The position numbers were made by a program, and so were the translations under genes. Source: Somniosus microcephalus (taxonomy: Eukaryota). From it: DNA of 64,000 nucleotides. A model generated the notes under the pieces. That model was not told where the DNA came from. It made no database searches and saw only the letters and a list, made by a program, of their open reading frames with translations. This document shows positions 37,126-51,665 of the stretch, piece by piece. Location of the stretch: the NCBI GenBank assembly GCA_052327205.1, contig CM126230.1, forward strand, positions 12,958,001 to 13,022,000, given 5' to 3'. How positions within the stretch are numbered: position 1 is the first letter of the stretch; each line of letters begins with the position of its first letter.

Positions 37126-37673
37126 TCTTACACAACAACTCTTACAGAAAAAAAGATGCACAACAGTTGACACAATCTTCCGGCACCCAAAGGGTTAACG
37201 CCGCTTGAACACCTCCTTTACTCTCTCTTTAAGCAGAGATCACACCGACCAAGCAGATTTATCTCCTCACAAGACAGGGGATACACTTAACTCCTTCACG
37301 GATGTAACACGCCAATATTCCCACACAAAAGCACCAATATGTGCCACCAACGGAAAGCGCCCACTTCTGTAAGCGGGTGAGGTGCGGCTGCCATCCGCCA
37401 CCACAAGAGCGCACGGAGGCATGAGCTTGAAATTCCCATTACTAGAACTACAGGCCCTCCGCACGGAGCTCCAACCGTGCAGCCTTAATGACCAACACCT
37501 CGCAGCCGATCACATTACACAAACCCGATCGCAGAACCGAATTCTATAATAAACATTAAACCCCATCTGCAGACTAGCTGAAGCCAACAGCCTGAACCCT
37601 GTGTAAACTAGAAGATGATTACAGAGCAGATGGGCAGCACGCGGTCACTGTGCCAGAAACACTAGCTGCCCTA

Positions 37674-37847
<174 letters not shown>

Positions 37848-38084
37848 TCAATTATTTTTTTTTTAAAGTTGTGTTTTCACAGCACACTCAACACTTTAAC
37901 CTGCTATGCTCTACAACCTGCTTTGGCAAAGCCAGCTGAGCATGTAATGGTTATAAACGAGAATGAACAACATTCTATAACACTCATAAACCAAGAGGCT
38001 AATCAGCATGGAGTATAACCAAAAATAATTTGCGTATTGCCAAGTGGACAGGAGCACCTCCTGATGTAATATTAAGACAAACAG

Positions 38085-38460
38085 GCTAGGAGGTTTCAGG
38101 TTCTATTCCCTGAGTTAACTGATGGTTAGTTGGGCAGCGTTAGGGGGCTTCAGTTGTTCGCAGTGCCGCTGAATTAGGGAGGGGGGGGGGAATTAGCCAG
38201 GGTACCCACACACGCCTGATTGCTGTCCAGTGACCTCTCCCGTAAAATGCATGTTAGGTGAATGCTGAGTGAAGATAGGGTCGGATTCGGCTGTGATACC
38301 TTCCAGAGACGAATAGCCGGCCAATACTCACTGTCAAGGCTCAGACGTGAATAAAGGCCACTCGAGCAAGGTATTGGAGGGCAGCTGGTTCCCCAGAGAT
38401 CTGCAGCCCACTGAGTGGAAACATCTGGTGGGAACGGGGAGACAAAATTGGGAAAAAGAA
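38085..38460 (+). mobile_element. Ancient SINE (AmnSINE2-like)
   Basis: CAGGTTCTATTCCC...AATTAGCCAGGGT...GGCTGTGATACC...ACTCACTGTCAAGGCTCA. Confidence 0.65.
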
Positions 38461-38654
38461 AAATTGTAATTAAAAAGGAAGTGAGTCATCTCAGTCTGTA
38501 CATTGAATCTCTGACAATGAAACTGAAAATATTATAATTAATAGGGGTTTGAAGCAAACAATATGTTATTGGGTTTCAGAGAGATGACCGTATAAGGGCA
38601 CTAAAAGCAACATAGTTCATTCAGGTAGACTGCCTATGTTCATGGGTCAAGTAA

Positions 38655-38875
38655 TTTTCTCCCTAACCCTGGATGGCTACAGTGGCATGGGTACTGAAAG
38701 TCCTCCAGTACCTGGCCCATGTGGCCACCCTTACATGTGTGAGTCTTGGCAGCGAATGTGGAGCCCTGGCTGATTTTTCATCTCCCTAGCCCAAGGTGCT
38801 CCAATTCAACCCACCAACAAACTCCTCGTGGACCAGCGATTAAGTCTGGGGCCTCTCGATCCAGATGGCTCTGTC
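38655..38875 (-). mobile_element. Ancient SINE (AmnSINE2-like), internally deleted
   Basis: CCTCCAGTACCTGGCCCATGTGGCCA...CCCTGGCTGATTTTT...CCCTAGCCCA. Confidence 0.55.
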
Positions 38876-40094
38876 TCTCATCAGGCTGTACAACTGCCCA
38901 GGAAGCCATAGGCCAAGCATCCGGCTGTGATGCCTTCCAGAGGCGAATAGCCGGCCAAGACTCACTGTCAAGGCTCAAGCATTTGAATGAAATAACAGGC
39001 TCACCCCACTTTCGCAAGTGCCAGAGAGCTGCTGATACCTGTGAAAGTGTGGCTCAGCATTAGCCAGTGTCCGTGGGAAAGGAGGGGTGGAGGGAGGGGA
39101 GGGAGGGTAACCAGGAGAGAACTGGGAGGTGGGAAGTCTCCTTTAACAGACAGCTCATTGTTTTTCTATCACCCTCTTGCCCTGGTTCAGTGAAAGAAGC
39201 TCCAGCCAGCGCTAACCTCAATTTAGGTTTCAACTGCAAGGGATTTTTTTTTAAACTTAAATGACATCTCACAGCGAGACCACACTCAGTGGCCTAACCA
39301 TATGGCATGAAGTTCAGTAAAAACAATTAAATAATTATCAATAATTAATTAATAGGCAACATTTGACATAATCACAACTGGAGCATGGTGGTAATATAAG
39401 CGTGTCTGTGCAATTGTGTCGTATCACTGAACAGGTTAAACTTACACTGTGTCTGCGTGTTGTCACCCTCTCTCTCGCTGCATGTCTATGAGCAGATATG
39501 ACCCTACTGAGGTATCTTTTGCTAACTCCTATTTTCAGGGTCCTTCAGCGACCACTCGTTGCAGGCAATTCATGGAGGAACCTCATCAGGAGCAGGGGCA
39601 GCTGACTGGAGTGAGAAGCAACTCGGTCTGGTCAAAAGTAGCCCAGCCAGCCAGCCAGCAGCAGCAGAATCTGGTGGGAGACTGCACCAGAACCACCCAA
39701 ATACATAAGGCAGCCATTTACTTTAGTCTTTGTTCCCGCAGGCATGAGACAAAGCTAGCTTGGCAGCTGGCGCTCTCTGCCTCCGGAGGCAGGGCTGCAA
39801 TGTAATGGGACATCAGAGCATGCCAGGCCACTGTCCCTTCAACTAATTTCTCCTGTGCTGCCCCTGACCCTCACTCGACGTTGCCAAGTTCATGTTGAGG
39901 TTGCTGACTGGCCCCAACCTCACTGGACTCGCTTCATTTTAAAACACGTCACACAAAATAGAGGCCAGAAGTGACTGGTTGTGATATTGGCAGATAAACA
40001 CTTGCGTATGATGTTACTCTATCACAGTAACCCAGTGTGTTAATGCCCTTAGTTAAAAGAGCAGACATAGTCATTTAGCATGAATGTGTTAAGC

Positions 40095-40325
40095 TTATGT
40101 ACAGTTTTTTTATATATATGCGTGTGTGTATAGCATATATGTGTGTGTATAATATAGATGTGTATATGTACATATGTGTATATATATATATATATATATG
40201 CGCATGTGTATAATGTTTGTAGTGTATTTGTGGTGTATATAATATATATGTATGTGTGTGTATATATGTGTGTGTGCATGTATTTATGTGTAGCATGTGT
40301 GTATATATATATTTTGCATTATACA
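40095..40325. repeat. (TA)n/(TG)n compound microsatellite
   Basis: Directly visible. Confidence 0.9.
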
Positions 40326-40714
40326 ATATGACTAAAAACAGTAGTGTGACTGACAGGTGAAACAATCAGCCTCCTGTCTTCAGTTACAGGCTGCTGTATT
40401 CCTGTATTGTTCAAATAGATCTGTGTGATCTTGCCGTCAGTAACTGCTCCATTTTGTGGGAGTGTATGCATGGCGTCTCACTGTGTTGTAACTGTAAAAT
40501 TACACCAATTACCCCGGCCAAGATAATCTACAAATCTTCCCAGTAGGAGCACCGTCTGTGAAAACAAGTGCGAAGCAATTGGGACCCCCAGCTTTAACTT
40601 CTGCAGGCCCTCACCATGTTTATCAAGAATCACTCCCTGTCCAGACAGTTAACTCCCACCATCGCCCGGCTGTGTTGACCTTGAATTCCTCAATGTACAA
40701 ACATCCCTCAAAGG

Positions 40715-41100
40715 CCCGCTGGGTAAAGGCACTGACTAATGTAGTACTGAGCCATTACAGACCAGGTTCCAGGGTGGACTACTGGTCTGTCCTCTGAGTT
40801 AAGTGATCTCAGACAAGGTTGGGTAGGGGTCCCACAATCTATCCTATCATTATTGAGCTGGAAAGGGGGAAACTCAGCCAGGGCTCCTGCTCGTGATCAC
40901 TGACCTCTGCTGCATTTAGAGGGTGAGGATGGGTTCAAGCTTAGCTGTGATGGCCTCCATGGTTGGATAGCCTGCTGGCGCTCAGTGCCTAGGCTCATAT
41001 TTGAAGAATGGGCAATGGAGTGAAATGCTGAGGGCTTCCCGCACCAGTGGAGCTGTACCCCAGCCACAGGTCCCACTTACAGGGGAGGAGGGAAGGAACT
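40715..41100 (+). mobile_element. Ancient SINE (AmnSINE2-like), near full length
   Basis: GGGTAAAGGCACTG...GTACTGAGCCAT.ACAGACCAGG...CAGCCAGGGCTCCTGCTC...CTGTACCCCAGC. Confidence 0.7.
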
Positions 41101-41724
41101 GTGCGGATGGGTGAGGATTGGAATGAATAACCTTATTATGCCAGAGGGGTAATTCCATAGCTAAACCAGGGCATTAGCTGCCACCTCCCCCTGTGTACCA
41201 AGAAGCACACTATACAGAGGACTAATTTTAGCAGCCCCTATTTTGGTTGATCTAGAACCCTCTGCCGATGGCTGCTATTGGTGTTGAAATATGGTAGTCT
41301 CAAAGCCTGGACTGATAAACTCCAAACATAGATTATTTGCCTGAATTATTACAGTCAAATTGGGAGATAATCTGCGTTTTACAAATGAAGAAGAGACATG
41401 GGGTGAGTGGCCCTTCTGCTTTTTGAGATCTGGGCGTCACACTGTCCTTTCACCTTTGGGACTTGCCATTGAATCCAGCCAGGAAGAGTAGGTTAAAATC
41501 TCCTCTAATAACTGTACAGAATGAGCTCTGCTTCCTGGTGACTGTGAATCCACAGCAGTAAGCTCCCCATTGTTTACCATGAATTGGCAATTTCATTCAA
41601 GAGGTCACAAGTACGGCGGGTGTGAGAAATGGAAAATGTCCCACTGGTACAGAAAGTGCTGCTGGCAGCTTAGCGCACCTAGTATAACACTCTCACCTCC
41701 AGGTTAGACCCACTGCACAACTTA

Positions 41725-41898
41725 AGCACCTGCGCCAGTAATATCCGTGGGAGTTCTCCCGATCTCTCGCCTGACCTTCACTGGAAGATCGGCAGAAATG
41801 CCGCAGAAACTGTGTCAACAGCCATTTACACCAATCCCCTGGGGTTCCTATTGATTACAGTGAGCGACCGGCAGAACTCCCACAGAAATTCCACCCCA
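41725..41898. mobile_element. Palindromic MITE-like insert next to, or inside, a Deu-SINE
   Basis: CCGTGGGAGTTCTCCCGATC pairs with GACCGGCAGAACTCCCACAG. Confidence 0.5.
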
Positions 41899-42200
41899 TA
41901 ATCTAGACTGATGCTGCAGCGCAATGCGTAGGGAGTGCTGCATTGTCAGAAGTGCCGTCCTTTGGATGAGACATTAAACCGAGACCCTGAATCCTGTTCA
42001 AGGTGCTGCAGCAGTATCTGAGGGAGCGCTAACCAAGATTCAACCCTCAACTGATCATTAATCTCATTGCTGTTTGTGGGAGTTTCCAGATGCAAAATGG
42101 CCACCACATTCACCTACATTGTAACAGCTACCGCACTTCAAAGTAATTCATTGAATGCAAAGTGCTTTGATAAGGTGTTATATGAATGCAAGACTTTTTT
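41899..42200 (+). mobile_element. Deu-domain SINE, diverged
   Basis: CCTTTGGATGAGACATTAAACCGAG, CATTGCTGTTTGTGGGAG and an L2-like tail. Confidence 0.7.
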
Positions 42201-42524
42201 TCTCGATGACCACAAACCAATCACAGTTTGATTTTAATTGTAAAATGTAGAAACATAATGACCAGCTTTAAAAAGCTAAAAGGCCATGCAGTATTCATAG
42301 GGTTAAGTGCATTCCTGTTTTTACAAAGCAATTGGGTATCATTGTGCATTTAAGAGTTAAGATCGTTTTTACAGGGGATATGTTATGCAGATAGGTGCAT
42401 GTATATATTAAGCATATCTATGAAACATTGTGCATTGTTGGCTCTCGCTAACTTTACTGGCCTGTGCAGCTATCTTTTTTTTAAATTGTATCACACATTT
42501 TCATTATAAAGTATCAGTGACTGT

Positions 42525-43055
42525 ATAGAATTATAGAATGACACAGCACAGACAGAGGCCATTCAGCCCATCATGCCTGTGCCAGCTCTTTGAAAGAGCT
42601 ATCCAATTAGTCCCACGTACCTGCATTTTCTCCATAGCCCTGCAATTTTTTTGCGTTCAAGTATTTATCCAATTTCCTTTTGAAAGCTACTATTGAAAGC
42701 TTCCACCGCTCTTTCAGGCAGCGCATTCCAGATCACAACAACTCGCTGCGTAAAAATTTTAATTTTCATCTCCCCTCTGGTTCTTTTGCCAATTACCTTA
42801 AATCTGTGTCCTTTGGTTACCGACCCTTCTGCCACTGGAAGCAGTCTCTCCTTATTTACTCTATCAAAACCCTTCATAATTTTGAACACCTCTATCAAAT
42901 CTCCTCTTAACCTTCTCTGCTCCAAGGAGAACAACCCCAGCTTCTCCAGTCTCTCCGCATAACTGAAGTCCTGTATCCCTGGTACCATTCTGTTAAATCT
43001 CCTCTACATTCGCTCTAAATCCTTGACACCCTTCCTAAAGTGTGGTGCCCAGAAT
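42525..43055 (-). mobile_element. CR1/HER1-type LINE 3' fragment
   Basis: Translation YAERLEKLGLFSLEQRRLRGDLIEVFKIMKG...FTQRVVVIWNALP. Confidence 0.92.
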
Positions 43056-43231
43056 GGTTTCACACTATAAACGTGTGCAGGCAAACAACGCGCACTCTGT
43101 ACTCCCCTGTACTTCTGCTAAACATAAAACGGCAGAGCCAGAGTGTATAGGGTTATGTTGGTGAAAAAGGGGTTAAATTCGACACATGTGAAATGATTGG
43201 CATTTCTTCCCAGGTCTGTTTTCTCTCTTAC

Positions 43232-43317
43232 CTATTGTGTGGCCTGGTGCAGTGACTGCTGTCGCAGGTCCATCCGGTGAGGGGTGGAAGGGCTGCTGCA
43301 CTTTGGTCCGAATGATC
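43232..43317 (-). CDS. pax2: pax2 coding exon 4
   Basis: tttgcag|G ATC ATT CGG...ACA ATA G|gtaag; [28 protein letters not shown], which is Pax2-type rather than Pax5/8; 86 bp. Confidence 0.96.
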
Positions 43318-44069
43318 CTGCAAACAAACCATGAAATCACATCAATTCACCTCAATGATCAGGGCGACTGACTACCTGGCCGCGGATAATCTAGTTGTCT
43401 GGCGTGTAAGGAGCCGAAGCTCCCCAGGCAGAACTCCCAGAGTCAAGGCTGCGTGAGGCGCCTGGTGCTGGGCGAAAAGGATGTGATTTAATTGATCCGA
43501 GGCTGGAGAAAAGTTGAGAATTAGTTGCAAGCCCAGTAATGCAAATAGAAAGCTATAAATTATTTGTGACAGGAATGCAATAGTGCTGTAATGCTGCTCG
43601 CAAGCCTTGTCCTATCACAGGATCCCCTGTACTAATGACACTTTGAAAGGGGTTCGCTCCCAATGAATTTTAAGCTGATCGTGTGCGGGCCTGTTATCAT
43701 CTGAGCCAAGAAAGAGCGACTGTGGGGACAGTAGTCCTTGCTTCTGAATGATAACAGGCATCCTACAGTCGTGTAAAAAAAAAGTTCTTTTTTTATATAG
43801 CGATTTATTCCAGTAATTCTTTTTACAAAAAAAAATGCTATTTTTATGGGGAATATAAAAGCTTATTTCTCACTGTTTGGCGCAATGGATTGTAAAACCA
43901 TCCCGTTAATAATTAAACGGGGGGGGGATCAAAATGTTTGAAATGTGTAGAATCCTCCCTTCTCAATGAAAGAGTTTGGGGTTTGTAAATTAATTAACAC
44001 AAGACAGAGACACACTAATGTTTTGTTAAATAATGGCTTATCCTTTTGTTATTGTGACCCTCCCCAGCC

Positions 44070-44430
44070 TGTTTCTCCTTTGCTACCCCTTCCCCTCCCC
44101 AAGGCATTGACTGTCACCCTTTGGTCCCGTGAGCCTCCCGTTCCTCGACCAAGTGGCCCTGCCTCAATGCGCGCGACCCGTGGCATAAAGGGCTATTCCA
44201 CCATGGGGGGTTCGCCGCCGTGCCCTGTCGCCCTGTCCTCGAGGGACTTGCGCACTGTCCAGTGTGGGGCATTGTGATCAGGAACAGGAGCTCAGGTTTC
44301 ATGCTCCTCATTGCTAGCCCAGGGCCCCGTGGCCAATTTGCGGTAGCCCCTAGCCCCTAGCAGCCTGTCTTGAGGTCGGCTAACACACCACAGCAGTTTT
44401 ACAGGACCCTTTACCAGCTGAGCCATGGGG
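44070..44430 (-). mobile_element. Ancient SINE (AmnSINE2-like), GC-rich copy
   Basis: Minus strand begins CCCCATGGCTCAGCTGGTAAAGG (A-box-like), then CAAATTGGCC...CCCTGGGCTAG...CTCCTGTTCCTGATC. Confidence 0.55.
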
Positions 44431-47179
44431 ACAGCTCGCTTTAAATACATTCTTCTAAACTCTGTTCCTTCTATAATATTTAAAAGCTGACTTTTTTCCC
44501 CTCCATGTTACTGCGTGACCTCTAACACTTGGGATCCCTGGTAGGAGTTCATATAAAAACAAGTCAATATACATCAAACACTCATTGATTTTAATGGCCA
44601 CAAGATCGCCCACAATCTCCCTAGTAATGTCCTTGGGGCTACACGACCAAAGCTACAGGACTTATCAAAAAACATGTATCAATATTTTATTTGGATTTTC
44701 AAATTCCTCCATAACTGTTATTTGACCTATTGACTCGCGCCAGCCACATAAATTCACCGACTTTATTCGGAATCCATGTCGTGGATATTGAATAAGCAAT
44801 TTAGAAGGGTGAATTAATGAGCTGGCCGTTGCGGAAAATTCCCTGAAGAAATATTAAAATTGCTTTGAGTCGGGATCAATAGCATCGAAAGAAGGACTTG
44901 TTTTTTTTTAATGGCCACCAGCCGCTTGGTTCTAATTCCTGACTGTAATGCAACAACAAAGTGAAGCCTTGTCTAGTTGTAATCTTTAAAAATTCATGCA
45001 GGGAGAGCGTTTAACTACAATGTGTACTTGCCAATGTAATGATCTGAGATAATCGGTGTATATTGAATTAAAAGCCAACACTGCAAAGCAACGCCCTTTC
45101 ATTAAGGCGAAAAAAATACATTTAATTGTATTTCTGCATTCTAATCTTCTGTATAAACACCAGCCCCCGCAGCCAACTCGATTTCTTTCAACCCCACTCC
45201 AATTTAATTGAAGCTGAAAAGTTTTACAAACGTTCTCTAATGCGATTAATCCACACTTAGAATGTATCACACACGTATGTTGGAAGCTGTTCGAATTGCC
45301 CTTATGAGCGACCACGGTGCATGAAATGAATTTTTTCCAGCCTTATTTTTTTTTAAACACACACTGAAATTCCCCGTGAAACGCTTGCCCCGGATCTCCA
45401 AAGATCTCATTAAAATGTAATGCTGATGCCAGCACTAAAAAGCAGAACACTCCAAGCAAAGTTCATTACTGCAGTCCAGCAGCCTGTGCCATGGCACTCT
45501 CCCTCTCTCTCTCTCTCTTCCACATTCCCTTCTTCTGAGCACAACCTCCTTCGAAATGCACCTTGTCATGTTTCGATAAAACAGGATGCATTTTCAAATA
45601 CGATTTTTTTTTTTTACTTTTTTGGTTTAACACACCCAATCTCAGTGATTTTCAACGTTTGAAATTTAAGAAAGGGGGAAAATGCAACGCTTTTCTGAAC
45701 ATTACAAGGCCGGGATTGTTGGGAGTTTAGCGACGGTCTGGTGGCGGAGGAGTAACAGCGAAAGCCCCGGGGTGGTGGGTGACTCGAGGCTCGGCTGGTT
45801 AGAGAGGGAAGGGGAGGGGAGATTACACGTTACTGTACACCCGAGGATGCTCAATCCCAGCCTCAAATCCGGAGCAAGACCCCCTCCAAAAATAAGTGTT
45901 GGAGAACTGTTGTTTCAAACACCTGTTAGACGCTTAAATAAGTGCAACTTGCTGGAAATAAATAGAATTGATTTTTTTCCCTTCTCTGTATAAAAGTGGA
46001 TCTATTGAACTAGTTTTAATTTAATCACAAACGGATATTTTCCGTCACGGGTATGAGGTGTACATTAAACCCTGGGGGCCGACACTGCTCCTTAACTACT
46101 GTTAGTTTGTATTTTACAATATACTCTGTGAGAGTTGTGGAGAAGCCGAGGCAATCCGACTAGCTTTTCCTTCTCCAATCATTCAAGAATAAAATCAGAG
46201 GCAAAGGATAATTTATTGATCTTTCCCCAATTCCGACTTCCGCCAGTCCGGCAAGAGTTCCACACAGGAAGAAAAGTTCCCAAAAAAATTCAAACCTTCG
46301 AATGTTGCCTGACAACACTCATGTGCAGCGCCTCGGGGCGTTTTATTACATTGAAGGCGCTATTTTAATACAAGTTGTTGTAAAAGTGTGGATTTGCCAC
46401 GGCAAAAATTTAAACAATTTTAGATCGAATTCTCTGTGTGTGTGACAACATGTAAGGAATCTCTTTCACTTGAATTGCCGGTGTAATGATATTAGTAGAA
46501 TATCAGAGGACGCTGAAAGGGGGTAACGATTTCGGTTCGGTGAGATGTCTGCAGATTAATCAAAGGACATTCAGACTGGTCACCACCCAGAGATCAAAAG
46601 TAAAGCCCAGAGAAAGGGGAAACGGAACACCCAGTGTTGCAGATATTAAATCTTGGCCGGACTAGGCCGAAATCCGTCTGCGCCGACTGACAAGTTTTCT
46701 ATATACTTCATTAAGGATTCCTTTATTTGTCCAATTTCAATAATTTAGGAATGAATCCGCGGAACTGGCTGTCGATCCTGTTAAAATCGGGCTTCAAAAT
46801 CTGCTATTAATTGGGAGAGGTTACGGGGCAGGTGTTGGACGATGTGAAAGCTTTCTTCTTAACATGAAAAAACCCAGGCTTTCTAAAAGTTGTCAGTCTA
46901 TATTCTTATCAACAGAAATAGTTTTGGTCCCAATAGCGGCTGGTGGGGAATAGTTGGGCGAGTTTTACGCTGGGGATGTGTGTGTTTAGGTCGGAGTGAG
47001 CTGGTGATTTTTCAGTGCGCGGTGTGCGGTTTCACATGGTTGAACCTCACTCTGAACTTAAGACAAAGTGTGCATTCACAGAGCAAGCCATCTCCATTAC
47101 TGGTAAACATGTTTGCATTCCAGCATGATCCCAGATTCGCAAGTCCGGCCGGGTGAAGCTTTTTTATTTAAAGCGATGG

Positions 47180-47330
47180 GAAATAAAGAGAGAACGGAGA
47201 GAAAGAGAGAGAAGAGTGAGAGAGGAGGGTGAGATAGAGAGAGAGAGAGAGCGAGAAAACACGAGAGAGAGAGAGAGAACTGTAGAGAAGGAGAGAGCGA
47301 GAGAGATAGAAAGCAGAGAGAAGACAGACA
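47180..47330. repeat. GA-rich polypurine tract
   Basis: Directly visible. Confidence 0.9.
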
Positions 47331-48582
47331 TGCACACAAAGTCCAAGGGATTGCTTTGCGGAGATTAGTTTTTCTTCGGTAGAATAAGTTTTCAACTTAG
47401 CTATCTAAAATATACGACAATAATTAATGGACCCAAGTTATGCGATGCGCCTGTGAGAAGCAGTCTCTGTAAATTCTGATTAAGGGTCTCGCTATCTTTG
47501 CAAAGAACTCTACGGATCTGGCTTATTTCGGCACTCCTTTCTCTGGCACTGCCCTTCCCGTGTTCCCATAACCCACGCCGACCGCCCCCAACCCGTCTAT
47601 TTTTGTGTAAACTTCCCCCCCCCCACCCCCCCGCCGCGCTCTCCCCCGGGGTTGTTATGGGGACCCATTCCCAGCAGCTACACTTGTACTGTTAGCTGGA
47701 CCGCGGCACAGGGGAGCAAGTACCAGCAACCTCCCAGGCTGCAATCTTTAAATCAATGTCCTTATAGACCCTCCTTAATAGTTTACATTTCCACCAGTTT
47801 GCAATTATATTAAACAGCGAAAAGGGCAATGCATCCGGGTCTGATCCACCTGCCTTCCATTGATATTGCTGTATAATTCACCCTGGTCCCAGGTGAGTTC
47901 AGAAGGGAGGGCGGCATTCCTGGTATTTACTGTGTTTTCATTAGGAGCCCATGTTTCAAAATTAAAATTACTTGTTGGCCGATTACATATACTTCTAGAT
48001 TACTCTCATTGCATTGTGTATATATATATTATAATAAACAGACACTGTCCCTGGCGTGCTTAGCCCCTTTGAAGAAGCCTTGTGTTTGCAACTGATTTTG
48101 TTTTGGGGACAGAACGTTCAGTCCCTCTTGACCATATCAGTGAGACAGATTAATGTTCCCGGTGTTTCATCATTGAGATTTCATTTTTCTTTATATAATC
48201 TGCCAGGTACTTCCTCTGCCTCCGTTCCTCTCTCCATCTCTCCTTCACTGTGTTCTCGTGGTTAGATTGGTTGAACGGCTGTTTGGTTGGCTTAATCTCA
48301 TTATTCCTATATTTACAATGAGGGTCGGTTTGGACAATTTCCTCTCCACTTCCTTAAACTTCCTAATTAATATCGCACAGATGAAATCAGTTTGACGCAC
48401 GTATTCTTGATGAAATATACCTACTTCCTGATTTACCAAATAATAGGTATTGGGTTATAACTACATATAAACCTAATTATTAGAACATAATATCTGCATC
48501 AGTTATAGGACAATTCTCTCGTGTTCTGTATTTATTTGTGTATATTCATTTTTAACATTATAAATTAAGGCTTCCTATTTTA

Positions 48583-48894
<312 letters not shown>

Positions 48895-51499
48895 TCAGCA
48901 AAGTATGGCTTCATTCCCGCTCTAGTATAGCGTTTAAACTAGGAGCAGGAAACTGCATTAGACATTCGTTTGTTATAATTGTATATAGGAATTATATATA
49001 TAATATTAATTACACAATTGCTGTATCTCTTATATAATTAAATTTAAGGACACGCCAGCAAAACTCGACCTCACTCGTTATTTACAGCCTCATAAAATGG
49101 ATAGGGAACAGTAAAACGCAAAATAAATCAGTGTGTGTATGCAAAAGTATTAACCTATCTGTGGTACAGTCCTCCCTACTCTGAAAAACCCCGTCACGTC
49201 GCTGGGAGATTAGAAAGCTAAAGGCACCGATGCACATCCTTTTCTTTTTTTTAATGGGGAAACAATTTTAGTAAGGGTATAATTAATATGAAAAATTGAC
49301 AAGACTTTGAGCACCGAATTCTGCCTTTGGTGAAGGAGCGAGGGGTGGGTGGGGGGAAGCGAGAATCAGAAGCCTTCAACCAAGAGAGCGAAATAGAAAG
49401 GGGAAGGCAGCGCGAAGGGGCAGGAAGAGATTAGGGACAAGAGGAAGTCAAGAGATTTTAAGCACCGCCGCTGGTTGTGCCTATGAAAGTGTATTTATTT
49501 TCTAAAGTCCTGAGGTTCGGTTCGTTAAATGTGCCGAAATTAAAGGTCTTTATCTATAGGTGATGCTTCTTTTCAATCCTCCCTGTATTATCTGATGTGA
49601 AACCTGAATCCAGGCGCACATGTCACAGTGTGAACAAGGATTGTATGGCTGGCTGCCGCAGAGTCTTATTTACCCCACTGTCACGGAAAACAGGCCTCCC
49701 AGCCTCAGTGTGTTTTATGGTAAAGAATGGTGCAACAGGGCAGGTTAGATTGTTAAAATTCACAAATAGGAAAAAAAAGACAATAAGTAGCGCGCTGTTT
49801 GATTTCCACTATAAATGGAAGGTGAAATCTAACTAACAATCCAAGACCGAGTGTAATTCTAGCGCGGGTTTAACTCCGTGTAAGTGGGCTCAGTAACTAC
49901 AGCGGGTTAAACCAGGGAACGCACCATGCATTAATGTTTTAGGCTATGGACTCCCAATGTGCACACTGGATATTGTAGAGTTAATGTTTTAAGGTATAAA
50001 CACACCCTTGAAAGTAAAGAGCGAATATGTCCAGTGTCCAGACTGGATAACATTGGACTGATTCTTAGGGTTCACTGGGACCAGTGGATAATACCAACAC
50101 CTTGTTTTCCCCACTGTGCACATTCCCAATGGCTACACTAAGCTGTTTTAACTGCACGCATGTATTCACGTTGCCCACTATACAATCGCTGATGTTAGGA
50201 CACTAAATGCTCAGCGTGGTACGGGCAATTTGAGAGTTTCTCCATTGCTCCCCTATGCCAATTGCAGCGTGTTTCACTTCGAATACAATAATGACTTTTA
50301 GTTATCACTTCGCTCAATTATAATTCAAATAAAATCGCCACTCGGTTAGGTTAAAATGACAGCGAACAACAATTATTCGTTTGAAGATTTTAATGTTAGT
50401 GAATTGTGTGCCTGACTCCTGTTTCACTAGAGACGAGTCACTCGCAGTCCAGACCCGCATTCGGCTCACATGCAGTGACTTTGTCAAAGGACAGCTCACT
50501 TAATGCTGAGACAATAGTCATTAAAGATTTTACACTGGGCCCAAGTTTTAATTTCCAAAAAAGTTGTTATTGGTTTAATGGCATCTTCTCTATCCGTTCA
50601 GCTTCTTTTGAATTGCTAAAATACCTCAGTAGTTACATTTATATATATGTAATTTTAGGGAAACGGCATTTCTTAGTAAAGGAGAAGTGGTTTAATCCTG
50701 GTTTGAAGGAACCTGTTACTCCGAAGTAATGGGCCAGGCCGTGGGGTTCTACTCTTAAGGGGACAGAGTAAATCAAAACGAACGAAAACGAACTCAATTC
50801 CACCTGTTCCACTGAAACTGCAACTATTTGCATAAACCACGTCAATCTCGCCTGGCAACGAACTGCAAATCCTACCCCCACCCCTAAATTTATTCCACTT
50901 CTGGTTTGCAAGTGATTCCTTCCGTTACAGTCGATCTGATCTACTTAATGCTAAAATGTGTGCACAATTAGGAGTGGCAGTTCTAAAATGCTTCGCATAT
51001 TCAACCGGTTTGGTGCTAAGGAGAGATTGTAACTGCTTTTACATGTAGCTACCCACCCACCTTCTGTCTGTGAGTGTCTGAGCCTGAGTCTGCACTCAAC
51101 TGTTCGCCTATTATTCTTGGTACTTTCTCTCTGTCTCTGGATTGCCTTTCACATTTACTTTGGACTTTTCATATGTTTCCTGAGCGTTCTGACTTGCCTT
51201 AAAACTCTTTGGTGATTCTATCCATACTTTTGATTTAAAAAATAGTGACTGTTTTATTCCCGCTGTTAATTGCTTTCGTTACAAAAAGCATTTGAATTGT
51301 ATAAGGCAAAAAACGAAATTGCTGATCAGTACATGCTTGGAAGTAGATTGGAGCATAAATTGATTTCGTTTTATGGGTCCTCTGTGTTGGAGCCACTGAC
51401 CAATCTCTCATTTTAATTCTGGGATTATATACACAAAATATTAATCGGAAAATCATTCTGTTTAGTGTTTCTTTTCTCTCTGGCAGTATCACCCCTCAC

Positions 51500-51665
51500 C
51501 TGCCCAATATCTTGCTGACACAGCCGTGGCTGACCCGCAGTTGCCGGGAGATGTCGCAGGGTCTGACTCCTTGGTGTGCCAGTTCCACGATGCGCTGCCT
51601 CACCACGTCTGGAAGGGGCCTGCCATTCACAAACACTCCTCCCAGCTGATTCACACCCCCATGCC
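51500..51665 (-). CDS. pax2: pax2 coding exon 2 (paired domain, N-terminal part)
   Basis: ttttgcag|GG CAT GGG...GGC AG|gtgag; [55 protein letters not shown]; 166 bp. Confidence 0.96.

Noticed and set aside
39449-39805. 118-aa plus-strand ORF in intron 4
   Set aside because: Non-ATG start, no recognisable domain, antisense to pax2
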